A DNA stretch of 64,000 nucleotides from Deltaproteobacteria bacterium. Its GTDB lineage: Bacteria > Desulfobacterota > BSN033 > UBA1163. This document shows, one piece after another, positions 47,625 through 58,395 of this stretch. The first letter of the stretch is position 1. Each line of letters begins with the position of its first letter. The stretch spans positions 19,989 to 83,988 of the forward strand of contig JAGXTA010000003.1 of NCBI GenBank assembly GCA_018333535.1. The letters run 5' to 3'. The position numbers were made by a program, and so were the translations under genes. The notes beneath the pieces are model-generated. The model was not told where the DNA came from, searched no databases, and saw nothing but the letters and a program-made list of their open reading frames with translations.

Positions 47625-48701
47625 ATGAAAATCGCAGTGATCGGATGTGGCTATTGGGGTCCAAATCTTATCAGGAATTTTGTCCAGTCTAACAAGATTG
47701 AGGAATTGACCTGTTGTGATTTAGACCAGAAAAGGTTAGACCGGATGAAGAGCCTCTATCCCTCCGTCAAGTTGGCATCAAATTACGAAGAGCTCCTTCA
47801 GAAGCCCGACCTTGATTCAGTGGCCATTGCAACCCCCGTAAAGACCCATTACCCGATTGCAAAGGAATTCCTTTCCGAGGGGAAACATGTCTTTATTGAG
47901 AAACCTCTAACCCATTCGTTTGATACGGCATTAGAGTTAGTGAAATTGGCTGAAGAGAAGCAAAAGGTGTTGATGGTGGGACATACCTTTGAATATACGG
48001 CGGCTGTCAACAAGATTAAAGATATCGTCGACAGTGGCGAGATTGGAAAGATCCTCTATATTAGTTGCACTCGCGTAAATCTTGGTCTCTTTCAGCCGGA
48101 TATTAATGTCATATGGGATCTCGCCCCTCATGATATTTCAATCATTCTTTACATTCTTGGGGAGGCTCCGGTTTCCGTCAATAGCCAGGGGAGGGCCCAT
48201 TTCAAAGCCGGGATTGAAGATGTGGCCACCACCACGCTCAATTTTAAAGATGGTGTGATTGCGTTTATCCACAATAGTTGGCTCGATCCCAACAAGATCC
48301 GCCGAACCACCATTGTGGGAACAAAGAAAATGCTGGTTTATGATGACATTGAGCCTCAGGAAAAGATCAAAATATTCGATAAGGGAGTTGACGTTCCTCC
48401 TTACTATGATACCTTTGCAGAATTTCATTTATCTTACCGCTATGGCGATATTCACAGCCCAAGAATTGAGGACTATGAACCCCTTAAAAAGGAATGTGAC
48501 CATTTTCTCACATGTATTCAGAATGGCGTGTCTCCATTAAGTGATGGGTATAGCGGGGTAAGGGTGGTTTCGATTTTGGAGGCCGCAAGCAAATCCCTGA
48601 GGCTCTCGGGGAGATCCGTCCAGACTCAGGGTCTTAAGTTATTAAACAAAAAATCGAAAAACAATGGAAACGGGTTTTTAATGGCAAGCAGCTGGAGGTG
48701 A
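47625..48701 (+). CDS. Gfo/Idh/MocA oxidoreductase (nucleotide-sugar dehydrogenase)
   Basis: GCGYWG, HVFIEKP and WDLAPHD motifs. Confidence 0.92.
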   Translation: MKIAVIGCGYWGPNLIRNFVQSNKIEELTCCDLDQKRLDRMKSLYPSVKLASNYEELLQKPDLDSVAIATPVKTHYPIAKEFLSEGKHVFIEKPLTHSFDTALELVKLAEEKQKVLMVGHTFEYTAAVNKIKDIVDSGEIGKILYISCTRVNLGLFQPDINVIWDLAPHDISIILYILGEAPVSVNSQGRAHFKAGIEDVATTTLNFKDGVIAFIHNSWLDPNKIRRTTIVGTKKMLVYDDIEPQEKIKIFDKGVDVPPYYDTFAEFHLSYRYGDIHSPRIEDYEPLKKECDHFLTCIQNGVSPLSDGYSGVRVVSILEAASKSLRLSGRSVQTQGLKLLNKKSKNNGNGFLMASSWR

Positions 48702-48704
48702 AAA

Positions 48705-49247
48705 ATGGAATTTCAAAGCATTGCAGCCGATGTAAAACTTGGCGAAAATGTGAAGATCCACAAATTCGTGAACCTCTACGGTTGCGAGGTGGGAGACAAC
48801 ACCAAAATTGGCGTCTTTGTCGAAATTCAGAAAAATGCCAGGGTAGGGAAGAACTGCAAAATATCGAGTCACACCTTTATCTGCGAGGGAGTGACGATTG
48901 AAGATAATGTGTTCATCGGGCATAGCGTTGTTTTCATAAACGATATGTATCCCAGGGCGACCAACGGCAATGGAGGGCTTCAAACCGAAAAAGATTGGAA
49001 AGTGGAACGCATTCTCGTTAAAAAGGGCGCCTCCATCGGCTCCAATTGCACCATATTGAGCAATGTCGTAATAGGTGAAAATGCAATTATTGGCGCGGGG
49101 AGCGTAGTTACAAAAGATGTTCCGCCCAATGTGATTGTTGCCGGCAACCCAGCCCGCTTCTTTCGTACAATCGATTTTCTATCTCAACCAGACGTCAACG
49201 AACAATATGTTTTGTATGAATTTCTTAAAGAAAGGATAAAGGTTTGA
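48705..49247 (+). CDS. Hexapeptide-repeat N-acyltransferase (WbpD/WlbB-like)
   Basis: LbH repeats, FINDMYPR, GAGSVVTKDVP and GNPAR motifs. Confidence 0.9.
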   Translation: MEFQSIAADVKLGENVKIHKFVNLYGCEVGDNTKIGVFVEIQKNARVGKNCKISSHTFICEGVTIEDNVFIGHSVVFINDMYPRATNGNGGLQTEKDWKVERILVKKGASIGSNCTILSNVVIGENAIIGAGSVVTKDVPPNVIVAGNPARFFRTIDFLSQPDVNEQYVLYEFLKERIKV

Positions 49248-49381
49248 GGTTAGAGGTTTAAGGTTTGAGGTTATAAAATGTTACGGGTTCAAGGTTGCAA
49301 GTTACAAGTTAATCTACACCCTACACTCTGTGTTTTTAAGAACTCGTAACTCGCAACATTTAACACTCAACACTTAAAACT
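49241..49381. repeat. Compound heptamer arrays of several unit types
   Basis: ggtttga/ggttaga/ggtttaa, gttacgg/gttgcaa/gttacaa, ctacacc, aactcgt/aactcgc and aacactc units. Confidence 0.75.
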
Positions 49382-49406
49382 CCCCCTTGCGCCTAACGAG
49401 GTAAAT

Positions 49407-50657
49407 ATGGAAATCCCCTTTTTAGATCTGAAGATTCCACATCGTGAACTCGAGGAAGAGCTGGTGCAAGTTTTCCGCGACGGCCTCAGAAACGCCTCAT
49501 TTATAGGGGGCATGCAGGTCGAATCTTTTGAGAAGGAATTTGCCCAGTTTTGCGAGACCCAACACTGCATTGCCGTAAATAGCGGAACCGATGCCCTTCG
49601 GTTTGCCTTAATCGCTGCCGGCATCGGGCCAGGTGATGAAGTGATCACGGTTCCAAATACTTTTATCGCAACCACAGAGGCCATCTCCCAAACTGGTGCG
49701 ACTCCAGTTTTTGTAGATATCGATGAACGCACCTACAACATCGACCCCAACAAACTCGAAGACTACCTGAAAAACCGCCTCCAGCCTCCAGCCTCCAGCC
49801 TCCAACCACGTCCTCGTGCTGTGCTCCCCGTCCATCTCTATGGCCAACCCGCTGATATGGACTCGATTCAGGAGATCGCAGATCGATACGGTCTGATGGT
49901 GATCGAGGACGCCTGCCAGGCTCATGGAGCGCTCTATCATTCAAAAAAAGATGATCAATGGAAAAAGGCCGGTTCGATGGGATTGGCTTCAGCCTTCAGT
50001 TTCTATCCCGGGAAAAATCTTGGGGCCTGCGGGGAGGGCGGAGCGGTCACTACAAATGATGAGGGTATCGCACAGAAAATAAGGATGCTCCGTGACCACG
50101 GCCAGGCGAAAAAATACTACCATGAATTCGAAGGGTATAATGGAAGGCTGGATGCCATCCAGGCCGGGATTCTCAGGGTCAAACTGAGATGTCTCAATGA
50201 ATGGAACGAAAAACGCCGCCACAACGCCTCTCTTTACACTCAACTCTTATTACCCTACACCCTACACTCTACTCCCAACACCCGGCATTTATCACTTATC
50301 ACCCCCCATGAGCCTGAATGGGCAAAAGCTGTTTACCACCTTTATATTATTCGAACCAAGAAAAGGGATGAGCTTCAGAAATATCTTTCAGAAAATGGAA
50401 TTCATACGGGCCTTCACTACCCCGTTCCACTTCACCTTCAAGGGGCCTATGCGAATAACGGATTCAAGAAAGGCGATTTCCCTGTAACCGAGGAGGTTTC
50501 TTCTGAGATCCTTTCTCTCCCCATGTTCCCGCAATTGACGGAGCAGCAAATCCGGTATGTCGCCGACAATATCAAGCAGTTTTTAAAACTTCGTCTAGAT
50601 TTTAACACGCAACACGTAACTCGTAACACTCAATACTTAACCCCCAAACCCCTATGA
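49407..50657 (+). CDS. DegT/DnrJ/EryC1/StrS aminotransferase
   Basis: [21 protein letters not shown] and [10 protein letters not shown] motifs. Confidence 0.95.
   Translation: MEIPFLDLKIPHRELEEELVQVFRDGLRNASFIGGMQVESFEKEFAQFCETQHCIAVNSGTDALRFALIAAGIGPGDEVITVPNTFIATTEAISQTGATPVFVDIDERTYNIDPNKLEDYLKNRLQPPASSLQPRPRAVLPVHLYGQPADMDSIQEIADRYGLMVIEDACQAHGALYHSKKDDQWKKAGSMGLASAFSFYPGKNLGACGEGGAVTTNDEGIAQKIRMLRDHGQAKKYYHEFEGYNGRLDAIQAGILRVKLRCLNEWNEKRRHNASLYTQLLLPYTLHSTPNTRHLSLITPHEPEWAKAVYHLYIIRTKKRDELQKYLSENGIHTGLHYPVPLHLQGAYANNGFKKGDFPVTEEVSSEILSLPMFPQLTEQQIRYVADNIKQFLKLRLDFNTQHVTRNTQYLTPKPL
49777..49804 (+). repeat. (GCCTCCA)4 inside the DegT ORF
   Basis: Four perfect copies; the reading frame is intact. 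Confidence 0.9.
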
Positions 50658-50672
50658 TATGCCTCAAACCTC

Positions 50673-50714
50673 AAGCGCTTGCCTGCCGAAGCTTTGCATA
50701 GGTAGGAAGCGCTT
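50673..50714. repeat. Small palindromic element flanked by AAGCGCTT
   Basis: aagcgctt-g-cctgccgaagctttgcataggtagg-aagcgctt. Confidence 0.5.
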
Positions 50715-50781
50715 TTTTAGTCTTTATCCTTCCTCCTTGGCACGTCAAAACGTTTTTATCTTTTAACCTGTAACACTCTTT

Positions 50782-51822
50782 ATGGACGATAGCATTCAAA
50801 TCATTAATCCCACTCAACATAAAGGTTGGGAGGATCTCATCCTTTCCCATCCGGAAGCCTCCTTCTTCCATTCTTCGGCCTGGGCTAGGGTACTCTCGGA
50901 ATCTTACGGTTATGTTCCGAAATACTTTGCGATGATCAGGAACGAAAAGCTGGTTTCCCTCCTGCCCGTCATGGAAGTCAATAGCCTTTTTACAGGGAAG
51001 AGGGGAGTCTCGCTGCCTTTTACGGACTACTGTGAACCCATCGTCGGTCCGGAGGTTTCTTTGGACGATTTGCTTAATTGTGTCGTTGACACCGGCAAAA
51101 GATCGGACTGGAAATCTCTGGAGTTAAGGATCGGGCAGAAAGCGCTGCCGAACCGCCGGATCGCGTTAAAGTATCTTGGACATGAGCTCAAACTTGGGCA
51201 GGATGAGGAAAGGCTCCTCTCAGGGTTTCGGGACAGCACAAGGCGGAATATCCGGAAGGCGATCGGGGAGGGGGTGGAGGTAAAGAGTTCGAATACAACG
51301 GAGGGGATGAAGGAATTCTACCGGTTAAACAGCTTAACAAGAAAGGAACACGGCCTCCCTCCCCAGCCCTACCGGTTTTTTGTGAAGGTCTTGGAACACA
51401 TCATTTCAAGGGATCTTGGACAGGTTTATCTGGCATCGCGTGCCGGAAAAAACATTGCGGGCGCCATCTATTTCCATTTCAATGGAAAGGCCTATTACAA
51501 ATATGGAGCATCTGATAAAAACTATCAACATCTCAGGCCAAACAACCTGGTCATGTGGGAGGCCATCCGGTGTTATTCCGGAAATGGGACAAGGAGCCTC
51601 TGCATGGGCCGGACCGAACCCGATCATGAGGGACTTCTTCAATTTAAATCCGGCTGGGGAACGACGGAACAACCGATCCGTTATTACCGGTATGACTTTA
51701 AAAAGGGTTCTTTTGTTTCAGGTTCTTCAAAGGTTACGGGCTTTCATAATAAGATTTTCAAGAATATGCCCATCCCTATTTTGAACAAAATAGGAGCCTT
51801 ACTCTATAAACATGTCGCCTAA
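50782..51822 (+). CDS. FemAB-related GNAT acyltransferase
   Basis: SLPFTDY, RRNIRKA, HGLPPQP, PNNLVMWE and GL..FKSGWG motifs. Confidence 0.88.
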   Translation: MDDSIQIINPTQHKGWEDLILSHPEASFFHSSAWARVLSESYGYVPKYFAMIRNEKLVSLLPVMEVNSLFTGKRGVSLPFTDYCEPIVGPEVSLDDLLNCVVDTGKRSDWKSLELRIGQKALPNRRIALKYLGHELKLGQDEERLLSGFRDSTRRNIRKAIGEGVEVKSSNTTEGMKEFYRLNSLTRKEHGLPPQPYRFFVKVLEHIISRDLGQVYLASRAGKNIAGAIYFHFNGKAYYKYGASDKNYQHLRPNNLVMWEAIRCYSGNGTRSLCMGRTEPDHEGLLQFKSGWGTTEQPIRYYRYDFKKGSFVSGSSKVTGFHNKIFKNMPIPILNKIGALLYKHVA

Positions 51823-51952
51823 CGTTTTAGGCTTGTAACAGCAACACCGCAGCGCAGCAACATAGCGGCACTCAAAATTAACTCAATAGATAACTCACAA
51901 CTCATAACTGATTAACTCCTTAACCCAAGCAACTCAATCGATTGAAAAAATG

Positions 51953-51984
51953 TTGACATTTCATCTTTAAAAGTGTACACTTTT
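51953..51984 (+). promoter_or_regulatory. Sigma70 promoter and operator of the TA module
   Basis: TTGACA-N17-TACACT. The perfect palindrome AAAAGTGTACACTTTT (51969-51984) covers the -10. Confidence 0.75.
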
Positions 51985-52011
51985 TTGAAAATTGCAGTTT
52001 GAGGGCTAACA

Positions 52012-52245
52012 ATGGAAATAAACGTAAAAGAAGCAAGGGCGAGGCTAAGCTTCCTGCTTAAAAAAGTTGAAAAAGGAGATGAGATTCTGCTTCTGCGCAG
52101 GGGCAAGAAAGTGGCACGGCTTGTTCCGGTACAAACTCCGCAACGCTCCCTGCCCAGTTTGAAAGAGTTCCGATCTTCTATCCAATTGAAGGGGAAGCCT
52201 TTGAGTGCTGTCGTTGTAGAAAGTAGGGAAAAGGAACGGTTCTGA
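52012..52245 (+). CDS. Phd/YefM-family antitoxin
   Basis: INVKEARARLS.LL..VEKGDEI...RRGK.VARLVP. Confidence 0.9.
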   Translation: MEINVKEARARLSFLLKKVEKGDEILLLRRGKKVARLVPVQTPQRSLPSLKEFRSSIQLKGKPLSAVVVESREKERF

Positions 52246-52667
52246 TGGTTTATGTCGACACAAGTGTTTTGGTGGGATATTACTGTCCGGAGCCAATTAG
52301 CGAAAAAGTCGAAAGATTTCTCATGGCTCAGAAACGACCGGCAATCAGCCTTCTTACAGAGGTCGAACTCTTTTCAGCCTTATCAAAAAAGATACGAGGT
52401 AAGGAAATGAACCGGAGGGACGCCAGCAAGGTGTCAGCCAGGTTCCTAACTCATTTGGATAATGATTATTATACGAATATCCCTGTTGAAACACATCACT
52501 ACCGATTGGCAAGAGATTGGATCGGCCTGTTTAACACAGACCTTAAAAGCCTCGATGCGCTCCATTTAGCTATCTCTTCGGCGGAGAATTTAACCCTGGT
52601 AACCGTTGATAAGTCCCTTTTTAAATCAGCGAGAGCCCTTACCAGAGATGCTATCTTGCTGGAATAG
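52245..52667 (+). CDS. VapC PIN-domain toxin
   Basis: YVDTS, E..SA, LDALHLA and LVTVD motifs; coupled to the antitoxin. Confidence 0.9.
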   Translation: MVYVDTSVLVGYYCPEPISEKVERFLMAQKRPAISLLTEVELFSALSKKIRGKEMNRRDASKVSARFLTHLDNDYYTNIPVETHHYRLARDWIGLFNTDLKSLDALHLAISSAENLTLVTVDKSLFKSARALTRDAILLE

Positions 52668-52677
52668 ATGCCTTCCG

Positions 52678-52803
52678 CTTTAACCTTTAACGCCCTTACT
52701 CCTAACGCCTTATCTTCTTTTAAACCTTTAGCCTCGAACCTCGAACCTCAAACCTCCGACAGGCGCTGATAGAACTCGCAACTCGAAACCCGTAACTTTG
52801 AAC
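52678..52803. repeat. Heptamer arrays downstream of the TA cassette
   Basis: ctttaac, cctcgaa x2 with cctcaaa, and aactcgc/aactcga/aacccgt units. Confidence 0.7.
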
Positions 52804-54810
52804 ATGAGCCTCATCAACCATATCTACTACCAACTTAAACCCCTGATTCCGAGATCGCTCCAGATTGCTCTTCGGAGGATGGTGGCCCAAGGGAAGCGAA
52901 AACGTTACAGCCGTGTCTGGCCCATAGACGAAGGGGCCGGGAAGCCGCCCGAAAACTGGAGAGGTTGGCCCGATGGAAAGAAGTTTGCCCTGGTTCTCAT
53001 GCACGATGTCGACACCGCGAAAGGTCACGAGAAGTGCCTTGAATTGGCCCAGGTTGATGAAAAAATGGGTTTTCGATCCTCCTTCAACTTCGTGCCTGAA
53101 AGATACAATGTCTCATCCGAGGTGCGTCGGATACTGGTCGAAAAGGGCTTTGAAGTTGGAGTCCACGGCCTCAAGCACGACGGAAAATTATTCTCATCGA
53201 GAAAAACATTCCTGGAGCAGGCAGCTCGTATTAATCACTACTTGAAAGACTGGAAATCTGTGGGATTTGTCTCCCCCTCCATGCATAGAAATCTCGACTG
53301 GATTCACGATTTAAACGTCGAATACGACGCCTCGACCTTCGATACCGATCCCTTCGAACCCCAGCCGGATGGCATTAGAACAATTTTCCCTTTTGTCGTG
53401 AACGGGAATTTGATCTCAAAAGGGTACATTGAGCTCCCGTATACGCTCTCCCAGGATCACACGCTATTTGTAATCATGGGTGAAAAGGGCATTGATCTCT
53501 GGAAGCAGAAACTGGATTGGATCGTCAAAAATGGCGGCATGGCATTATTGATTACCCATCCCGATTACATGAGCTTTAATGGGAAGAAACTGGCGTCGGA
53601 TGAATATCCGGCTGAATACTACAAAGAATTTTTAGAATACATCAAAAAAATTTATAAAGATCAGTATTGGAACGCATTGCCCAGGGACGTCGCTTGTTTC
53701 TGGCGTGAGAGACAGTCCCACAAGGGAAAGAAAGCCGTTAATCAGAAATACGAGGTTACATTGATCGACCCAATCAAAGACCCGAGATGGGACGCCTTTG
53801 TTGAAAACCATCCCTTTGGATGGATTTGCCACCTTTCAGGCTGGAAAAAGGTCCTGGAGACTAGCTTCCCCCACATGAAAGGCCATTACTTGGTTCTTGT
53901 TGATGGTGAGAACAAGATTCGAGCGGGACTGCCCGTTTTTGAAGTAAGAAGCTGGCTCACCGGTAATCGTTTGGTCAGTATTCCTTTCGCAACAGTTTCC
54001 GATCCCCTCATCTCCTCACAAGAAGAGTTTCGCGAATTATTTGATGCCACCCTCGAACTTTCTACCAAGTTGAAAATATTTAACATTCAAATTAAGGCAC
54101 TTACTTCTCAAAAGCTGGTAGAAGAAATACCGCTAAAATTTCAAAGATATTATGTACACCATTACCTACTCCTCAATAAAGGTCTTGATGAAATTAAAAA
54201 GTCATTCCATCTTACTGCAGTACAGCAGCCGATTCAGAAACTTCATAAAGCAAATTTGAGATTATATATCGGTAATGCGAAAGCAGACTTATATGACTTT
54301 TATCACCTCTATGATCAGACAAGGAAGAGGTTGGGTCTTCCAACCCAGCCGTATAATCTTTTTGAGGTATTGTGGGAAACGTTTATGCCCATAAACAAGA
54401 TCTTGGTCTTGTTAGCCAAACAAGAAGGCCATGTTGTGGCTGGACATATTTATTTTAAGTTTAATAAGCGTATGTCAATGGAATTTGAAGGATGGGATAG
54501 AAACTATCATTACCTTACCCCCAATCATTTTATAATCTGGGAAGCTATCAAAATGGCCCATTCCGAAGGATATCAAATATTCGACTTCGGTAGGACATCA
54601 CCCGAAGACACTGGTTTAATAAAATTCAAGGAACGTTGGGGGACAAAAACGGCCACTTTTATGGAAATCGTTTACCCGCCCCATCATTTGCAAGTCTCTG
54701 ATAGCAAGGAGAAATCATTAAAATATAGATTAGCGAGAAAAGTATGCCAGACAGTACCCAATCCTGGCAGAAAGATTATTAGCCATTTTTGTTATCGACA
54801 TTTAGGATGA
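52804..54810 (+). CDS. Polysaccharide deacetylase-like domain fused to FemAB-type GNAT
   Basis: HDVD, GVHG..HD and HPDY in the N-half. SIPF, GLPTQP, FDFGRT and FKERWG in the C-half. Confidence 0.8.
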   Translation: MSLINHIYYQLKPLIPRSLQIALRRMVAQGKRKRYSRVWPIDEGAGKPPENWRGWPDGKKFALVLMHDVDTAKGHEKCLELAQVDEKMGFRSSFNFVPERYNVSSEVRRILVEKGFEVGVHGLKHDGKLFSSRKTFLEQAARINHYLKDWKSVGFVSPSMHRNLDWIHDLNVEYDASTFDTDPFEPQPDGIRTIFPFVVNGNLISKGYIELPYTLSQDHTLFVIMGEKGIDLWKQKLDWIVKNGGMALLITHPDYMSFNGKKLASDEYPAEYYKEFLEYIKKIYKDQYWNALPRDVACFWRERQSHKGKKAVNQKYEVTLIDPIKDPRWDAFVENHPFGWICHLSGWKKVLETSFPHMKGHYLVLVDGENKIRAGLPVFEVRSWLTGNRLVSIPFATVSDPLISSQEEFRELFDATLELSTKLKIFNIQIKALTSQKLVEEIPLKFQRYYVHHYLLLNKGLDEIKKSFHLTAVQQPIQKLHKANLRLYIGNAKADLYDFYHLYDQTRKRLGLPTQPYNLFEVLWETFMPINKILVLLAKQEGHVVAGHIYFKFNKRMSMEFEGWDRNYHYLTPNHFIIWEAIKMAHSEGYQIFDFGRTSPEDTGLIKFKERWGTKTATFMEIVYPPHHLQVSDSKEKSLKYRLARKVCQTVPNPGRKIISHFCYRHLG

Positions 54811-55904
54811 ACGGGAAAGAATCGAAGACTGGAATGAACCAGTCCTTTTTCCAGATAAGAGTGTCTGAATCGGTTCGAGACGATGAATGGGATGCCTTCG
54901 TTGAATCCGAAGCGCAGGGGTCATTTGAACAAACGAGTGGATGGGCTGAGGCAAAGTGGAGTGCGGGTTGGAAATCTATAAGAGTTGTTGTTCTACTTGA
55001 GGATCGCATCTTGGGCGGAAGCCAGATCTTGGTGAAGCAGCTTCCGTTTGGATTCCGGGTGGGCTATCTCCCGAGGGGGCCCGTTTGTGATAATGGGAGG
55101 GACGATGTTCTCACGCTGATTCTGGCTGCATTGAAGAAGGTCTGTAAGGATTCTCATCTATCATGTCTCATTGTCCAGCCTGCAAACAACGGAAGTTTAA
55201 CCGAAGATTCATTAATTCGATCAGGTTTCCGTAGAGACGCAACACTGGGCATTATTAGCGCAACAACAGCCATCGATTTGATTCAGACCTATGAAGCGAT
55301 TCTATCCAGGATGACCAGGAATTTCAGATACAATATCCGGTTTGCAGAACGTAACGGCGTAATCATTCGGGATGGGAAGAGAGAAGAGATTGGTCTTTTT
55401 TTTAGATTGATGCTTGAAACATGCAGACGCCAGGGAGTCAGTCCAAACCCCTCGACGGAATCGTTTATACAGAAACTGTGGGACGTATTTTCCCCCCACG
55501 GGAATATAAGGTTTTTCTTGGCTGAGTATAATGGAGAAGTCGTTTCAGGGCTAATGTGTATCCCATTCGGTAAAGTCTGTAACGCCTGGAAAATGGGATG
55601 GTCAGGGAAGCATGAGAATTCAAGGGCAGTTCATTTTTTGCACTGGAAAGCAATTCAGTGGGCCAAAGATAACGGGTATCATTCTTATGACTTCATGGGA
55701 ATAAACCGGGCTTTGGCTGAAACCATTCTCGAAGGGAATCATTTTTATAAAGTGGCAAAGGGGGCTAATCTGTTTAAGCTATCGTTCGGAGGGGAAGTGC
55801 GTTTACTTCCTGAAGCGTATTATTATTTTAAGAGCCCGCTGCTCGGGTTACTTTACACTAAAGTTTATCCCTACTTCAGAAAAATAAAAGGAGCTATCGT
55901 TTAA
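54807..55904 (+). CDS. FemABX-like peptidyl/acyltransferase
   Basis: FEQT..WAEAK, YLPRGP, RYNIR.A, YDFMG and FKLSFGG motifs; ATGA overlap. Confidence 0.85.
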   Translation: MNGKESKTGMNQSFFQIRVSESVRDDEWDAFVESEAQGSFEQTSGWAEAKWSAGWKSIRVVVLLEDRILGGSQILVKQLPFGFRVGYLPRGPVCDNGRDDVLTLILAALKKVCKDSHLSCLIVQPANNGSLTEDSLIRSGFRRDATLGIISATTAIDLIQTYEAILSRMTRNFRYNIRFAERNGVIIRDGKREEIGLFFRLMLETCRRQGVSPNPSTESFIQKLWDVFSPHGNIRFFLAEYNGEVVSGLMCIPFGKVCNAWKMGWSGKHENSRAVHFLHWKAIQWAKDNGYHSYDFMGINRALAETILEGNHFYKVAKGANLFKLSFGGEVRLLPEAYYYFKSPLLGLLYTKVYPYFRKIKGAIV

Positions 55905-55916
55905 GAGCATTGAATT

Positions 55917-57212
55917 ATGCATAGTGATAAACAACAAGGAATCATTAATAAAATACCTGATAAAAAAAGCCAGGAAGAAAAAAATATAATACCCTATAAA
56001 CCTCGCAGGGTTTGTATGCTGGCATATTCGTTCTATGAATCCGACGGGCGTATAAGGCGTTATGCAGAGACATTGGCAAAGCGGGGCGACTGGGTTGATG
56101 CTGTCGCGTTAAGAGAAGAAGGCCAGTCACATTATGAACTCATAGAAGGGGTGCATGTATACCGGATACAGAAGCGCCTGATTGATGAAAAAGGTGAATT
56201 CTCCTATCTTTTGAAATTGATCAAATTCTTTATCTTATCCATGGCCTTTATCACCAGGAGGCATTATAAAAATCCTTACGATTTGATACATGTTCATTCA
56301 GTTCCCGATTTCGAGGTGTTCACGACTTTATTTCCAAAACTGCTCGGCGCGAAAGTTATTTTGGATATTCATGATATTGTGCCTGAATTTTACGCCAGTA
56401 AATTCAATAAAACCTCTAAAAGCCTCATTTTTAAAGCATTGGCAGGCCTTGAAAAAGCGTCTATTGCATTTTCCGACCATGTTATTATTTCCAATCATAT
56501 TTGGGAAAAAACCTTGCTGTCACGCTCCGTATCAAAAAACAGGTGCAGCGTCATAATGAATTATCCGGATCCTTCTGTTTTTTTCAGAAGAGATAAAAGC
56601 CCAAAAGACGGCCGCTTTATCATTATCTACCCGGGATCACTTAACTGGCATCAGGGGCTGGATATAGCTATAAAGGCATTTGCCCGGATAAAAGATCAGG
56701 TTCCGTCGGCTGATTTTTATATTTACGGGAACGGTCCGGAAAAAAATAATTTAATCGGTCTTGTGGAAACCCTCGGTTTGAACAATAGAGTCTTTATCAA
56801 AGATACGGTTCCCCTAAATCAGATCGCAGATATTATCGCGAATGCCGATCTTGGTATCATTCCCAAGAGAAATAATTCCTTCGGCGACGAGGCGTTCAGC
56901 ACGAAGATATTGGAATTCATGTCTTTAAGCATACCGGTGCTTGTCTCGGAAACCACTATTGACAGATATTATTTTAACGACTCTGTTAGTAAATTTTTCA
57001 CACCCGATGATGTAAATCATCTCTCCCTATGTATGCTGGAGCTTATCAATAATAGGGATATACGCCGTAATTTAACGGATAATGCTCTGAGCTTTGTCGA
57101 AAACTTTAATTGGGATAGAAAAAAATCAGAGTATTTAAACCTGGTCGATTCACTGGTAAGCGACAATAAAAAGAAACCACCGCAACCGCATCATAATCCC
57201 CACGCCAAATGA
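55917..57212 (+). CDS. Glycosyltransferase family 4
   Basis: DGRIRR, DIHD..PE and STKILEFM motifs. Confidence 0.9.
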   Translation: MHSDKQQGIINKIPDKKSQEEKNIIPYKPRRVCMLAYSFYESDGRIRRYAETLAKRGDWVDAVALREEGQSHYELIEGVHVYRIQKRLIDEKGEFSYLLKLIKFFILSMAFITRRHYKNPYDLIHVHSVPDFEVFTTLFPKLLGAKVILDIHDIVPEFYASKFNKTSKSLIFKALAGLEKASIAFSDHVIISNHIWEKTLLSRSVSKNRCSVIMNYPDPSVFFRRDKSPKDGRFIIIYPGSLNWHQGLDIAIKAFARIKDQVPSADFYIYGNGPEKNNLIGLVETLGLNNRVFIKDTVPLNQIADIIANADLGIIPKRNNSFGDEAFSTKILEFMSLSIPVLVSETTIDRYYFNDSVSKFFTPDDVNHLSLCMLELINNRDIRRNLTDNALSFVENFNWDRKKSEYLNLVDSLVSDNKKKPPQPHHNPHAK

Positions 57213-57233
57213 AATTACGTTGTTACTAACCCG

Positions 57234-58112
57234 ATGGATTCCAAAAACATTTCATACGTTTTGATAACTCCCGCGCACAATGAAGAGGACTTCATAGAGA
57301 AAACGATCCAGTCGGTCATTTATCAGACTGTTTTGCCGAAGAAGTGGGCGATCGTCAACGACGGATCAACAGACGGAACGGATGATATTATAAAACGATA
57401 TGCAAAGCGCCATGACTGGATAGAATTTATCAGATTGTCGCAACACACTGATCGGCAATTTGCCGCCAAGGTACACGCATTCAATGCAGGTTATGAAAGA
57501 ATCAAGAATAGTGAATATGCGATAATCGGGAACCTCGATGCCGACATATCCTTTGAAAAAGATTACTTTGAATTTCTGCTCAGTAAATTCAATGAAAACG
57601 GCAAACTCGGTGTTGCCGGCACGCCGTTTGTCGAAGAATCATTCAAAGGGTATGATTTTAAATTCGCCAATATCGAGCATGTCTCCGGCGCATGCCAGTT
57701 ATTCAGACGAGAATGTTTCGAAAGTATCGGGGGATACAAACCCATTCGCGGTGGTGGCATCGACTGGATTGCCGTCACAACAGCCAGGATGAAGGGGTGG
57801 AAGACAAGAACCTTTACGGAAAGGACCTGCCTTCACCATCGGAAAATAGGGACCGGAAATAACAGCGCCCTGATGGCCTTGTTCAAACAGGGCCGTAAAG
57901 ACTATTTTTTGGGAAACCATCCCTTGTGGGAAATATTTAGAACCTTTTACCAGATGAGTAGAAAACCTTACGTCATGGGAGGATTACTTCTATTCTTCGG
58001 ATTTGCATGGGCGGGCATTAAAAGAACAGAGAGGCCTATTTCCAAAGAACTTATGGAATTCATACGCAGAGAGCAAATGCAACGATTAAAGAATATTTTT
58101 AGGAAATTATAG
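57234..58112 (+). CDS. Glycosyltransferase family 2
   Basis: ITPAHNE, NDGSTD and NLDAD motifs. Confidence 0.92.
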   Translation: MDSKNISYVLITPAHNEEDFIEKTIQSVIYQTVLPKKWAIVNDGSTDGTDDIIKRYAKRHDWIEFIRLSQHTDRQFAAKVHAFNAGYERIKNSEYAIIGNLDADISFEKDYFEFLLSKFNENGKLGVAGTPFVEESFKGYDFKFANIEHVSGACQLFRRECFESIGGYKPIRGGGIDWIAVTTARMKGWKTRTFTERTCLHHRKIGTGNNSALMALFKQGRKDYFLGNHPLWEIFRTFYQMSRKPYVMGGLLLFFGFAWAGIKRTERPISKELMEFIRREQMQRLKNIFRKL

Positions 58113-58249
58113 TAGCAGCCCATACCGTATAATTAAGAACATGTAAAATGTAGCCGTATCTTTTATGTTATCTACACCCTACACCCTTTAACCAACCCCC
58201 TTTTTAATAACATGTAACCCGCAACCCGTAACGTATTTATCTCTTTAAC
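58030..58249 (+). repeat. 220-bp direct repeat, copy 1 (GT2 3' end plus downstream spacer)
   Basis: Matches 59085-59304; I count 3 substitutions by eye. Confidence 0.9.
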
Positions 58250-58395
58250 TTGCAACTCGTAACCTGTAACCTGAAACGGTTTTTTAACCCGCAACTCATA
58301 ACTCGTAACATCCTTAAAATGTTCCATGTTTCACGTTTCGAGTCGTCTGGGAGGGTTGACTTGGACTCTATACTATGATAAATTTTCAATATATT

